Assembly (NCBI RefSeq): GCF_009914755.1
Contig: NC_060937.1
Length of the DNA: 64,000 nucleotides
Reading direction: 5' to 3' (one strand)
Origin: the human T2T-CHM13v2.0 reference genome, Homo sapiens
This document shows positions 39,450-51,900 of the stretch, piece by piece. Below the pieces are notes generated by a model, which was not told where the DNA came from, ran no database searches, and worked only from the letters and a program-made list of their open reading frames with translations. Positions within the stretch are counted from its first letter, which is position 1, and every line of letters starts with the position of its first letter. Both the position numbers and the translations under genes were made by a program.

Positions 39450-40430
39450 TGAGAGTTACCTCCAGAACCTTTTTTCTCCAACTGGCCTAAAACCATCAGG
39501 CCTTGACTCTTATGTGCTCTCATTATGGCAGCCAATAGATTCTCATTTTTTAAATGAATTTTGAAACTAACTCCAATATCTCCAAATCTAACTTGATCTC
39601 GAATCTTGGTCAATTTTCTATAGATGTAGGAGGTCCTTCCAATAGTCTGCACTCTCAGCTCTTGGAATTTGTCTTCCTCTATAAGTTTGTCCTTCATCCT
39701 ATTGTGACCAATTATTTCCTTGGTCATAACCAAACCGTTTGTCTTTATCAATGGCAGCACATTGTCTATAATTACAAAAGCATACATTCTGCTTGCTGTC
39801 CATTGGCCTTTGTACTTTGAGTGTATTCTCTCCAGCTTCCTCACACCAAAATCTTTTGACTAATGAATATTTAAGCTTCATTAATTATATTGGCTTTGCC
39901 CTATTCCTATCTCTAGCCTCATATACTTTGTTTCACCTTTAAAAAAACACTTTGTTTTAACATTTTTGTTTTTAAAGGTGAAATTCCACAGTCAGACCTT
40001 TTTATCAATTGCTTTCATGTATCCTCAACTCCATTTCTCTGTTTATTTTTATTACATACAAACTTTTGATTACATACAAATTTCTCCGTAATAAACATCC
40101 AAAACTCTGCAACAGAACCTGGCTGAAAAGTTATTCTAGCTATGCTCATTGTTCACTGTAATTTATAACTACAAAAGTGAAAGTTTATCCTGAATGCAAT
40201 CTGGCATCTTCCTTTCAGCTGCCCAAAAATCTTACTTTGTTTCGTCATTATTCACTCCACATCTCTCTTGGGTACTTAGTTCATAACTTCTACATTCTTC
40301 TCAACCTCTAACTTTACACCCCACTCCATCTTATTTAACTGATGTAGCCTTCTATTTCACTAGGAAAATCGTAGCACTCAGAAGATGACTTGGTCAAAAT
40401 CTCACTATCCCATTTGTCCAAGCACTTGCA
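39450..40430 (+). mobile_element. L2 internal ORF2 fossil (endonuclease region)
   Basis: Frame 39554-39820 reads LGQFSIDVGGPSNSLHSQLLEF...VLHP...GH, resembling L2 EN LGDFNIHVDDPSNTLASQFL...LHP...HGH; downstream ctatttcactaggaaaat motif. Confidence 0.65.
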
Positions 40431-42182
40431 TGCACAAATATATAACGTGGATTCTTATCAAAATAAGAAAACACATGTTTGCAGTACTTTGAGATTTGAC
40501 CGTATATTTGTTCTAGATTGGCAAGTTCTATCTCACATTTTGTCTGGCTTTAGAACTAAAATAATTTTGAGAGAAGACTGACAAACCATGTGTGTGTTTG
40601 TGTGTGTGATTTCTCTGAGGGGGTGTTCTAGTTTCTAGCAAGTTGAAATATTTAACCTGCAAAGATGTCATAGGAGGGAATAGAATTGTTTGTATGTTTT
40701 ATTGTATAAAAACTACACTATTCAAAGAAAATTAATCAAAGGTTTTTTGGCTGTGAAAGCATCAATATTTGAAATTTGTAATAGAATTTATAACTAAAAA
40801 TATTTTGTTTCATTCAATTCTCTCTTCTTTCTGCATGCTTGTGTTTGCTTACTAATGTTTGTAAATTTCAGTTCACTCATTCAGAGTGCTTTCTAGTTTA
40901 ATAAGAACTACAGTTTAAAGTATTAGGTAGTAGATAACCAATAGATAAAAATGGAAGGAAACATAATATATTTTATTATGGAACAAAATAGTCTTTTATA
41001 AATATTACATTAACACATAATATATAAACATTAAAAAATATACCTTACTAGACCAAAAATTCTATAAGAGAGAAATCATATATTTATCTTTCTAAACTTC
41101 AACAACCTATCAAAATATATGGATGCATTGCTATTCAATGAACGGCTTTTTCAATGTATTAGTCATGAAAGAAAGCAAACACAGTCATTGTTTATTTAAA
41201 ATTTAAACTCAACTGTAAATTATTTTCATACGATTTCTCATATATTCTTGATACTGTGAGATTTTTGTGATAATGCTATTGTTTTTCATCAGCATATCCT
41301 TGTAGATAGTTTATTATTGGTTTTTCAGATCAAACATGTAGTTAATGGAAATGATGGAAAGTACAGCTGTTTTCTCTGTTAGGCCCTTGGAAACATGTTA
41401 TCCAGAACTAACTCTTAGCATGAAATTGCTGTATTCTAGCATTACACATGATGAATGAGTAGTGTAATTCCCACGTGCATTGTCACATTACAGAAGCCTA
41501 TAAATCCAAAATTTTATTGTTAATGGCAATGAGCTCCGTGTGTAATAGCTGACACATTAGCACAGAAATGCTTCTTTTTTGTCACAAATGTATTGTTGAA
41601 GCTGTTTAATACTTGTTTGCTTACCCATAATGATGCAAAAATGCATCTATAATTACTGTCATGGGGCTGAGCCTATACCATCTGGTGTGGAATAAAAATG
41701 TTTATATCCAAGCTTCCTAGAGCAGAATATATATTCTGAACCTTTATTGTAAAGACATTCATTTTATCTAATAACTTCTTCACTATATGAGCACAGACTA
41801 ATGAGCATAAACACAGTTGAGGCTATAAAAATTCCAGAATATACAATGTTTGGTAAAATAGTGTTGACTCTCTCACCCAGAAAATAGTAAACATACCTAT
41901 GTATCTATAGGTTGTCTTCAAAATATTTATTGACTGTACTGAATGTCCAAAATATATTTACACCATTGTGAATATCAGAATGCCCTAAAGTTAAATAACA
42001 GTTGATTTAGATAATATTTATTAACCCAAGTGCTGTTTTTGGTTCATGTTTATGAGTTTCAATAATTACATTATCCCCTCATCTTCATAAAAAATTTTCA
42101 AAGTCCTACGTCCTGCAGAACTTTATATTAGGGTTAAGAAGGAGTCATATTTTAAAAAGAAAGCAGAATAGAATGGGACATC

Positions 42183-42543
42183 TTATATGGTTTGGCTGTG
42201 TTCCCACTCAAATCTCATCTTGAACTGTAGCTCCCATAATTCCCAAGTGTTGTGGGCAGGACTCAGTGGGAGGTAATTGAATCATGGGGCCATATCTTTC
42301 CCATGCTGCTCTTGTAAAGTGAATAAGTCTCATGATCTAATAGTTTTATAAAGGGGAATTCCTCTACAAAAGCTCTCTTGCCTACTGCCATGTAAGACTT
42401 GACTTTGCTCCTCATTCTCCTTCAGCCATGATTGTGAGGTCTCCCCAGCCAAATGGAACTGTGAGTCGATTAAACCTCTTTCCTTTATAAATTACTCAGT
42501 CTTGGGTATGTCTTTATTAACAGTGTGAGAAAAGAATAATAAA
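42183..42543 (+). mobile_element. THE1 (THE1B/C-like) solo LTR
   Basis: atatggtttggctgtgttcccactcaaatctcatcttgaa...gccatgattgtgagg...attaaacctctttcctttataaattac. Confidence 0.9.
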
Positions 42544-43199
42544 ACATTCTAAATTTTAACAAGGCAAATCATAAAATTATCTTATCCAGATAACTATCTG
42601 ACACAAAGGAGACGTAAACAAATACAAAATCTGCTTATTTTCTTGAATATAAAGTCTGAAGAAATAGTAATTCTCCCTTAAGTAATCTGTAATTGAGTAT
42701 TACCTGTTTAAAATGCTGAGAGTTGTTTTGTTCTGGATCTAAATAACTTTGTTATAAAACTTATTTGGAAGAACATACACAAAAGAGTGAACAGAAACAT
42801 ACTGCAAAAACAGAGTGAGAAGCCGGGTAAGTGCTGTCAGATATTAAAACATATTTTAAAACCTATATAATTACAGAGGTATGGCATTGGAAATGAATAG
42901 ACATAATCAGTGTAATAGAATACAACATTCAGAAAATTTCCCAATTTTGTGTATCTCATCACCATAAAGTTTAAACTTCAAATCAGTGAGGTATTGATGG
43001 ACACATACAGACAAAATGTTACCAATTAAACCCATTTCTATGCAGGGCCAAATTTCAGATGGATCAGAATTAAATGTAAAAAAAAAGAAGGCAACCATAA
43101 AAAACCTGGGATAAATTGCAAATTTATTTCCTCTATAATGTGCAATAAGTAGCAATTTTATATCGCTGAATATTAAAGAACCTCAAATTGTAATAATAA

Positions 43200-43617
43200 A
43201 ATAATAATCATGCTTTGCTCTTGCTTCTGCTGGGCAGTTTTTCATATCTGGGCTGGGCTTAGCTGCTCTCAATGTGGCTTGATCAAGTATCTTCAGACAG
43301 TTGGTGGGTCTGTTAGGGACAGGCTGGTTCCGGATGGACTCAACCCTGTATCTGGAGGCTGACTCAGTGTCAGCAAGGGTAATAGTCTCTCACCAACAAG
43401 CCAGCTAACCCAGGTTTGTTTGGGTTCCTAGAGCAAGATGATCATAACCTCCAGGGTATGAGGATTGTTTTGCTCTTGCTTCTATTGCTCACCTTCACTA
43501 ACGCCTCACTGACAATTATTGCAAGTCACTTTGTTGTTTCAGATTGAAGGAATGAGAAACAGATTCATCTTTGTATGAAAGGAGTGAAAATTCCTGATCA
43601 TTTTTATAATTTACCAA
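43200..43617 (-). mobile_element. MLT1G/H-like LTR fragment
   Basis: ctgggctgggcttagctg...ggctggttccggatgg...agattgaaggaatgagaaacagattcatct. Confidence 0.55.
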
Positions 43618-43891
43618 ACCTGAAAATGAAGTATAATCCTCAAAACTATGTATTAAAACTCTGGAGCACTAAGGGTAATTATAAATAAATTTGATAAATT
43701 AAAGTTTTTAAATTATGAAAAAGGAATATGCAGAGTAAAGAGAAAACAAACTGGGGAAAGACACAATTGTAAAATACATCACAGACAAACAGTTATAGTC
43801 CTACCTAGAAATGCTTCTAAAAATAAACACAGAAAACCATCAACCCAGTGGGGAGTTGAGGGGGAACAAGAGCTATAGAAATAAAGAGACA

Positions 43892-44169
43892 GAGGGCGTG
43901 GTGGTTCATGCCTGTAATCCCAGCACTTTGGGAGGACAAGGCAGGAGGATCACTTGAGGTCAGGAGTTCGAGACCAGCCTGGCCAATATGGTGAAACTGT
44001 GTCTCTAGCAAAAATACAAAAATTACCCAGGCGTGGTAGCGCGTGACCTGAAGTCCCAGCTACTCAGGAGGCTGAGGGAGGATAATTGCTTGAACCCGCG
44101 AGGTGGAGGTTGCAGTGAGCCCGAGATCCTGCCACTGCACTCCAGCCTGGGAGACAGAGCAAGACTCTA
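43892..44169 (+). mobile_element. AluS (Sz/Sx-like)
   Basis: Dimeric Alu with ggatcacttgaggtcaggagttcgagaccagcctggccaa. Confidence 0.92.
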
Positions 44170-44267
44170 AAAAAGAAGAAAAGAAAAGAAGAAAGAAAAG
44201 AAAGGGAGAGAGAAAGAGAGAGAGGAAGGAAGGAAGGGAAGGAGGGAGGTAGGGAGGGAAAGGAAAG

Positions 44268-44304
<37 letters not shown>

Positions 44305-44398
44305 AAGAAAGAAAGAAAGAAAGAAGGAAGGAAGGAAGGAAGGAAGGAAGGAAGGAAGGAAGGAAGGAAGGGAAGGAAGGAAGGAAAGAGAAAGGAGA
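44170..44398. repeat. About 230-bp near-pure purine tract: (GAAA)n, (GA)n, (GGAA)11+4, derived from the Alu tail
   Basis: GGAA x11 at 44326-44369, then x4 at 44371-44386. Confidence 0.95.
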
Positions 44399-45216
44399 CA
44401 ATTCACAGAAAAAGAAATGCGATGTGAGTCATTCTTCACCGAAATCTAAAGTGTTTCACATTTTACAGTAAGAAAAATAAATATTAAAAAATATTGTGAT
44501 ACCAAATTTTACATACTGGATTGGCAAAGACAGAAGTTTGAACTCGTCCTCTACTGGTGAGGTTGTGAGAAAATAGCTCTTTCTTGAAATATTATAAATA
44601 TCTAATGAAGGGAATGTGTTAACATTTACCAATCTTACATATCCTTTACCATTTGTTGCAACAATCTTACCTCAAGGGATTATCTAAATATAAAATCTAA
44701 ATATATAGAAAGGCAGATGCACAAATCTCTTCATTACAGGACTATTTTTCATAGAAAATAATGGAACCAACTTAAATGTTTATCTCAAAGAGAGTTGGTT
44801 GAACAAACCTATACACAACAATATGTTCTGCAGCCGTGGGTCAAATAAGCAATATTTTTATATTCTTCTATGGAGTGATTATAAGAATCTGAGTTTTGTA
44901 AAGATAAATGAACTATATTTAATATACTAATGGCAGTCATGCAATTGAATATTGAACACTAATAACTTGAAATGTATTAAGAAATATCAATTAATTATTA
45001 CTAAATATTTTAGGGGTGATAATGATATTCTGGTTATTTTTTAATAGTCCTTAAATTTAGAGATAATTATTGCATTATCCATAGTTTAAAACATATATCT
45101 AGGATTTACTTTAACATAAAATAATGAAAGAATGTGAGCAAAGATACTGATGATTGGCCATGATTAATGATTTTTGAACGGGGGAGTCTATAAATGGTGC
45201 CACATTACACTATTCT

Positions 45217-45600
45217 GAACCAAAGAGTAAAAGAGACTGAAATCCAAATAAAGGGGTTTATTGTTGGTCTTACAATGGCAACTGAGAAACACAGATTCCA
45301 GAGGTATCTGAAATTGTGTCCTGACCAGCTATTTTTGAGTCTGACTTTTAAAGGAATTAGGAAGTTAGTACTCAATAGCTCACTCAAAACCTACTATTTT
45401 GATTGGTGGTAAAGTGTTATCAAAACAGTTCATTGGCTTCTAGAAAAAAATTCCTTGAATCTGAGGTTTAGAATAATTCAGTTCTCAGCACAAAGTCTTT
45501 TTTATCAGTGTCAGCAATTTTCGTCTGCAGCATCAAGTACATTCTGAGGTCAGGCAGTTGTAAAATGGCAAACAGAAACAAAACGGCATTGCTCTGAACA
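45217..45600 (-). mobile_element. Possible ERV1-class LTR remnant
   Basis: ggtttattg (antisense polyA signal) and gagaaacacagattccagagg; family not identified. Confidence 0.35.
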
Positions 45601-46669
45601 TGTCCAGTTGCCTTCCTTCCAAACTATTCTCTATAATTTTGTAGATATGCACATTTTTTACATAATGTAATATTAAAACAGATAAAGAAAAAGTAGGAAA
45701 TCATATTTACTTTCAAATACCACGGGGATGCAAATATTATGAGTATAACTTTATACCAAACTTAACCAACCAGTATTTAAAATGAAAGCCCTGAGATAGA
45801 TTTACTGGAATTCTAAAATTAGGAATTTTCTTTGTATCTTAAAACAGGAAGAAGTCTTGGAAAGGATGCTTGGAAGACAAGAAAATATGTTTTCTGAACT
45901 CTTGATTATTCATGGAACCTACAAGATTTTTCCCCTGTACCTTAAGCATTTGAAAAATGTGTGTAACGTTTTAAAATATAGCTGTCAACAGAATCATTTG
46001 CCGTAATTTAAAATTTTAAGTTACACATTTTAAAACAGAACTAGACAGAATTGATCATTATATTACAGAGTTAAAACACATGTTTTGAAAACTCTAATAG
46101 TATCTGGACTAATTAAACATTTATTTTTTAAGTCTATTTAAAAAGCATAGTTACATAAGAGCACTCAATACCATAGAAATAAAAAAAAATTAGTAGGCCC
46201 AAGATGAAGGAGTGATGAAGAGACTAGTGTATTGCTCAAAGGAATTAAGAGAATGAGGGCTTCAAGGAAAAATTAGAGCCCTTACTATCATGCCAAAACC
46301 TGACAAAGGCTGTTAGAGAGATAGAGACCACGAATCAGCACCAGTACCAGCTATAAATATATATGTAAATACATATATAAATATATGTGTAAGTAACATG
46401 AAATTACATGAATACTGTGTATTTTAAGAATCATTAAATATTAGAGCTATTTAAACACAATTTATGATACTAGTGGATCTAAAGATTGAAAACGTAGTTT
46501 TTTGCAATTGTTGGGCAAAACAGAATAATTCTTAATTAAAATATAAAGCCCTTAAATAGACTAGTATTAGTAAATATTTCCTTGTATCATGTATGTATGT
46601 GCTTGTGTATATTTACATGCATATGTGTGTCTGTACATATATAGACATATGCACAAAAGAAATTACAAT

Positions 46670-47130
46670 TACACACATATGGTCATTGCAGCAGTATTCA
46701 CAATAGCAAAGACATGGAATCAAACTAAATGCCAATCAGTAATAGACTGCATAAAGAAAATGTGGTACATATATAACACAGAATACTATGCAACCATAAA
46801 AAAGAACTAGATCATGTCCTTTGCAGGAATGTGGATGGAGCTGTGGGCCATTATCCTTAGCAAACTAACACAGAAGCAGAAAACCAAACACTACATATTT
46901 GTACTTACAAGTGTGAGCTAAGCAATGAGAACACATGAACACAAAGAAGGGAACATCACACATTGAGGCCTGCTGGAGGGTGGCAGTTAGGAGGAGGAAG
47001 AGGATCACGAAAAATAACTAATGGGTACTAGGCCTAATACCTGGGTGACAAAATAATCTGTACAACAAATTCCCGTGAGTTTACCTGTATAAAAAACCTG
47101 CACATGTACCCCTGAACTTAAAAGTTAAAA
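46670..47130 (+). mobile_element. L1PA (about PA12-15) 3' end
   Basis: ttcacaatagcaaagacatggaatcaa...aaaaataactaatgggtactaggc...cacatgtacccctgaacttaaaagtt. Confidence 0.85.
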
Positions 47131-48196
47131 TTAATTCATTCATTCATTTCACTTCATATAAATGTGTATATATTTACCTGCACAATACATACAAACACAT
47201 ACATACATTTTTCACATATATAATTGTAAAGATGTGTGGTGTGCCCATTTTTGTATGTGTACACAGTTCTTAAGCCAGCATCGTAATTAGTAAATACGCA
47301 TTATTTATTAGTAGCAGTTCCACTAATATTAGGAAGAAATAACATTTTCTATGATGGACTATAGACTTTAAGCTAATGAAAGAATGTGATATGTAGAAAT
47401 AGGTACAAATGTTTTAATATCAACATATGTAAACATTTATGAATACTCAAATTAAAAATATTATTTTTGTCCAAAAATTAATTAAAAACTTTTACTATAA
47501 ATAAACCCATTCCATTAGTGGTACATAAAATTATTGTACATACATCAGTAACCCGCTATACAAAAGTTTGAAAATGTAACGGAAGAAAATATCATTTGTC
47601 TAATCATAATAAAAAACAAAAGGTCTAGAAATAAATGTAATAAAAAAAGTTCTAGATTTAAACAAAAATCAACTTTATAACACTTATGAATAACAAAAAT
47701 TACATTTGAACAAATGCAAAATTGCCCATAATTTCCAATAAAAAGGATAAACATGACAAACATGCCATTTATCTATTTATTATTATATTCAAATGCAATT
47801 CAATACATTTATCATTTTTTCTAAAAATATACAATTTCTAACTTTATAAGAAAAGAATCACAAACATATTTTCAAAATCTCTCTGAAAGAGTAAAGCAAG
47901 GGGAAAGGCTGTCTTCGCCTAATTTATATTGTATGGCTCTATCAAATACATGGACAAACAGAATATTGGAACAGAATATAAATTCCAGACTCAAAAAAAC
48001 AGACTCAAGTACTTATGGCAATTTTATATATAAGGAAGTTAGAATCTCAAATCAGTGGTAATACAGATGAACATTTAAATCAATGGTTATGGGAAAACAA
48101 AGAAAAAACAAAATAAAAATTTCTGAAAACTGTATATTTTTATATTAATTTAAAGTTGAGCAAGTATTTCTAATCACTGCTAAAAACAGGAACTAT

Positions 48197-48510
48197 GGCC
48201 AGGCGCGGTGGCCCACGCCTGTAGTCCCAGCAGGTTGGGAGGCAGAGGTGGTCAGATCACCTTAAGTCAGGAGTTTGAGACCAGCCTGGCCAACATGGTG
48301 AAATCCTGTCTCTACTAAAAATACAAAAAATTAGCCAGGTGTGGTGGCACACACCTGTAATCCTAGCTACTCAGGAGGCTGAGGCAGGAGAATCTCTTGA
48401 AATCAGGAGGCAGAGGTTGCAGTGAGCCAAGATGGTGCCACTGCACTCCGGCCTGGGCGACACAGTGGCAACTCTGTCTCAAAAAACAAACAAACAAACA
48501 AACAAAAAAC
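48197..48510 (+). mobile_element. AluSx-like
   Basis: Full dimer with (AAAC)n tail; TSD core acaggaac at 48186-48193 and 48511-48518. Confidence 0.92.
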
Positions 48511-49184
48511 ACAGGAACAACAAAATTTTTGATACATTTGACTAATAAAAGTTACACATTTTTTAAAAAAATAAATGAAATCACAAACAATAAGTAGCAA
48601 ACTAAAAAACAAAAATTGAAACCCATGCCACAAAGGATTGATTTTTGTAATGTAAATGGCTCTTAGACATCAATAACAGAACAAATAGCTCATTAATAAA
48701 ATGTATACAAGAGGAATAAACTGACAGTTATTAAAATATATGAATCATAGGAAAACATATGAAAAGGTCCTCAACCTCACTCATAATAAAATACATGAAA
48801 ATTAAAGCTACAAAGAGAAATTATTTCTCCTCCATCTGATTAGCACTATCCAAAAGTTGACAGGTTTACAGCACATTCTATTCATGAAGTTGTGGAGAAA
48901 CAGGCACTCTCAAACATGGCTTTTGAGAATGGAAAATGATATAACTCTCAATGAGGTGAATTTGCCAACTTCTATTATAATTAACCTTTTGATTCTGTAG
49001 TTTTTCCTCTAAAAATTATTCTATGATTAGACCCATATACACACACAATTATATTTGTACATCATTATTTATTGCTATATTCTTTGAAGTAACAAAATAA
49101 CATGTAAAATATTAAAGTGCTTCTCTTTAAGGGTATTTTAAAATATACTACGCTATAACCACTTATTAGAATTAGAATATTCAA

Positions 49185-49480
49185 GTAATCCTGCACTTTG
49201 GGAGGCCAAGGCTGGTGGATCACTTGAGGCCAGGAGTTGGAGACCAGCCTGGCCAACATGGAGAAATGCCATCTCTACTAAAAACACAAAAATTAGCTGC
49301 GGGTGGTGGAAGGTGCCTGTAATCTCAGCTACTCAGGAGGCTGATGCAGGAAAATTGCTTGAACCCGGGAGGCTGAGGTTGCAGTGAGCCAAGACCGTTC
49401 CACTGCACTCCAGCCTGGGCCACAGAGCAAGACTCGATCTCAAAAAAAAAAAAGAAAAAAAGAAAAAAAGAAAAAAAAAA
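49185..49480 (+). mobile_element. AluS (Sz-like) lacking the first ~24 nt
   Basis: Starts at gtaatcc (no A box); diverged TSD agaatattcaa / agaatgcttaa. Confidence 0.9.
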
Positions 49481-50212
49481 AGAATGCTTAATAGCTACAC
49501 ACCCAAAAATGAAGATCACTACAGTTGTATAAAAATTATCAAGATACATTGATAAAGGGCATACAGATGGTTGAGAACAGCATATGTTATACACTACAAA
49601 GAGGGGAGGAAATAAAAAATATGTTTTATTTGCATAAAGAAATATTGGAAAAAAATTTCCGAAACTTACTTTTTTTTTTCTCCAGGGTCAGGGAAGTAGA
49701 TATGGGATAGACAGAAATGTGTATAAGACGGTTTTCAGTTTATACTATTTTATATTGTTTTATTTTGAACCTTTTAAATGTTTTAACACTATATTACCTT
49801 TTCTAAAAAACAACTTTTTCAAAGGCTCCATTCCATATTTTGAATTACATGATTAAGGGCATATGCTTTAAAACAGCCCCTAAGGATACAAATGATTATT
49901 GAACATTGAGAAAATCTAACTGTGGATATAGTTACTTACTATTTTGCCACTATAGTGATAGAAATTACTCCGTTGCCAATTGTAAATAGTTCCATTCTGA
50001 ACACAGCCATATTCTCCAGAGGTTATTTCCAGTGTCGCCTTGCAACCGGCCATCATATGTCTCAGCACTTTTCTTAGGCCATCAGTAATTGGTGTATCAC
50101 AACCAGAGATGACTTCCAATTTGCTCTCGTGGACAATTATGCATGGGAATTTTTATAATCACTTTATCATTGGGAAGCATATTTCATATAACACTATGAA
50201 AGTAACAGTGCT

Positions 50213-50618
<406 letters not shown>

Positions 50619-50899
50619 ATGATAGTGCTGCTAGAGTTCCCTGGCAAATAAATGCCAAAGATGACAATGTCTAGTGATGCAAATTGATAGGATGTTTGTT
50701 TTTACTTCATTTTGGTAAATTCTGAATGTGATGCATTCTTGTGTCAACTAGAACGTCATCTTTGAAGTTAGTTCAGTTCTTTTTTTTAGTCAGAATATTT
50801 TCTACATTTGTATATTAGTGCATTTTCCCTTTTGCATGATTAGGTTAGCTAGAATTTAATTTTATTTTTCATATAATCTGGAATTTTGGTTCTCAACTA

Positions 50900-51900
50900 A
50901 TTATGTATTTTTTTCTCTTTTGTAACTCTTAATTTCTGCATTTATATTTATCATTTTGTCATTCTTTTTTCTTTCTATAAATGTGTGCTCTCTTTTCAAT
51001 AATCTGAGTTGCACACCTCGTCTGTATGATTTCATAATTTATTTTTATTGAAAGAACCATACAAGGTACAGAATTTTCTGTGAGTATTGCTGTGCATTCA
51101 ACCCAAGTGTCCTGTAACTAGTATTTCAATTATCATTCTTTCTAAAACCTCCTTTGACATAACAGCTATTGAAAAAGAAAGATTTGTGTTAAATTTCAGA
51201 TAGAAGCTTGTATTTGATTTCTGATTCATTATTGATTTCTAATTCTATTATAATTAGTTAAGAAGATATTGCTGTATTATAATTATTATATAACAATTAT
51301 TTTTTTTGTTTCTGGTAATTATTGTGTATACATGGACATACACATATTACATATGCACACACAGCATATCATCAATCTACCTTATTGGTTATATTTCTTA
51401 AATTTTCAGTTTTTCTTCTTTTCAGTTTTTTTGTTGTTGTTCTTGTTGACCACTTAATTCCTTAATTAATGGATTCAATTAATCCATTCTAATAGGAATT
51501 AAATGTTGCCTTTATATTTGTTTCATAGTTAGGTATAATTTTTTAAATTGTGAATTGTAACATTTAGCAGAATAAAGTTCAGTCTTTACCTTATGAAATA
51601 TTTTTGGCATTAATTCTACCTAATATGATATTCAGTTAACCAATCAACTTTGCTTTCTTTATCTTTAAATTCGAATGCCTACAAATACTTATTCTTTTAT
51701 TTTTAACTTTCATAGAGTGCAAAGTTATCTGTTTTCAATTTAGTGGTTAGAATTATATATTTGTTCTGAAAAACAATCTTTTAAATTCACATTTTCATTT
51801 TAATTGCTTTAAGTTGTGCAAAACTGTTACTTGGGATTTTTAAGAATTTCTTTTTTGTCTACAGTTATTTTCACCTTGATTTTTAAATTTTGCCTATTTA
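50900..51900 (-). mobile_element. Very old L1M fragment
   Basis: T-rich; aattttctgtgagtattgctgtg and tgttaaatttc resemble antisense L1 ORF2. Confidence 0.4.

Larger units (their letters stand above)
42650..45180 (+). mobile_element. Fragmented old L1ME/MC, interrupted by MLT1 and Alu
   Basis: cagatattaaaacatattttaaa...gtatggcattgg; agacaattcacagaaaaagaaat; tagggggtgataatgatattctggtta-like 3' region. Confidence 0.55.
47400..49800 (+). mobile_element. Second fragmented old L1ME, hosting two Alus
   Basis: ggaacagaatataaattccagac, catatgaaaaggtcctcaacctcactcataataa, tgtggagaaacaggcactctca. Confidence 0.6.

Noticed and set aside
39365-39844. 159-aa minus-strand ORF
   Set aside because: Antisense to an L2 ORF2 fossil; no recognisable protein features
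40051-40080. Direct repeat attacatacaaa twice
   Set aside because: Ordinary small local duplication with no further structure
44060-44439. F/L/S/P-rich ORFs (similar ones at 49325-49594 and 50269-50674)
   Set aside because: Translations of Alu sequence and purine-tail microsatellites
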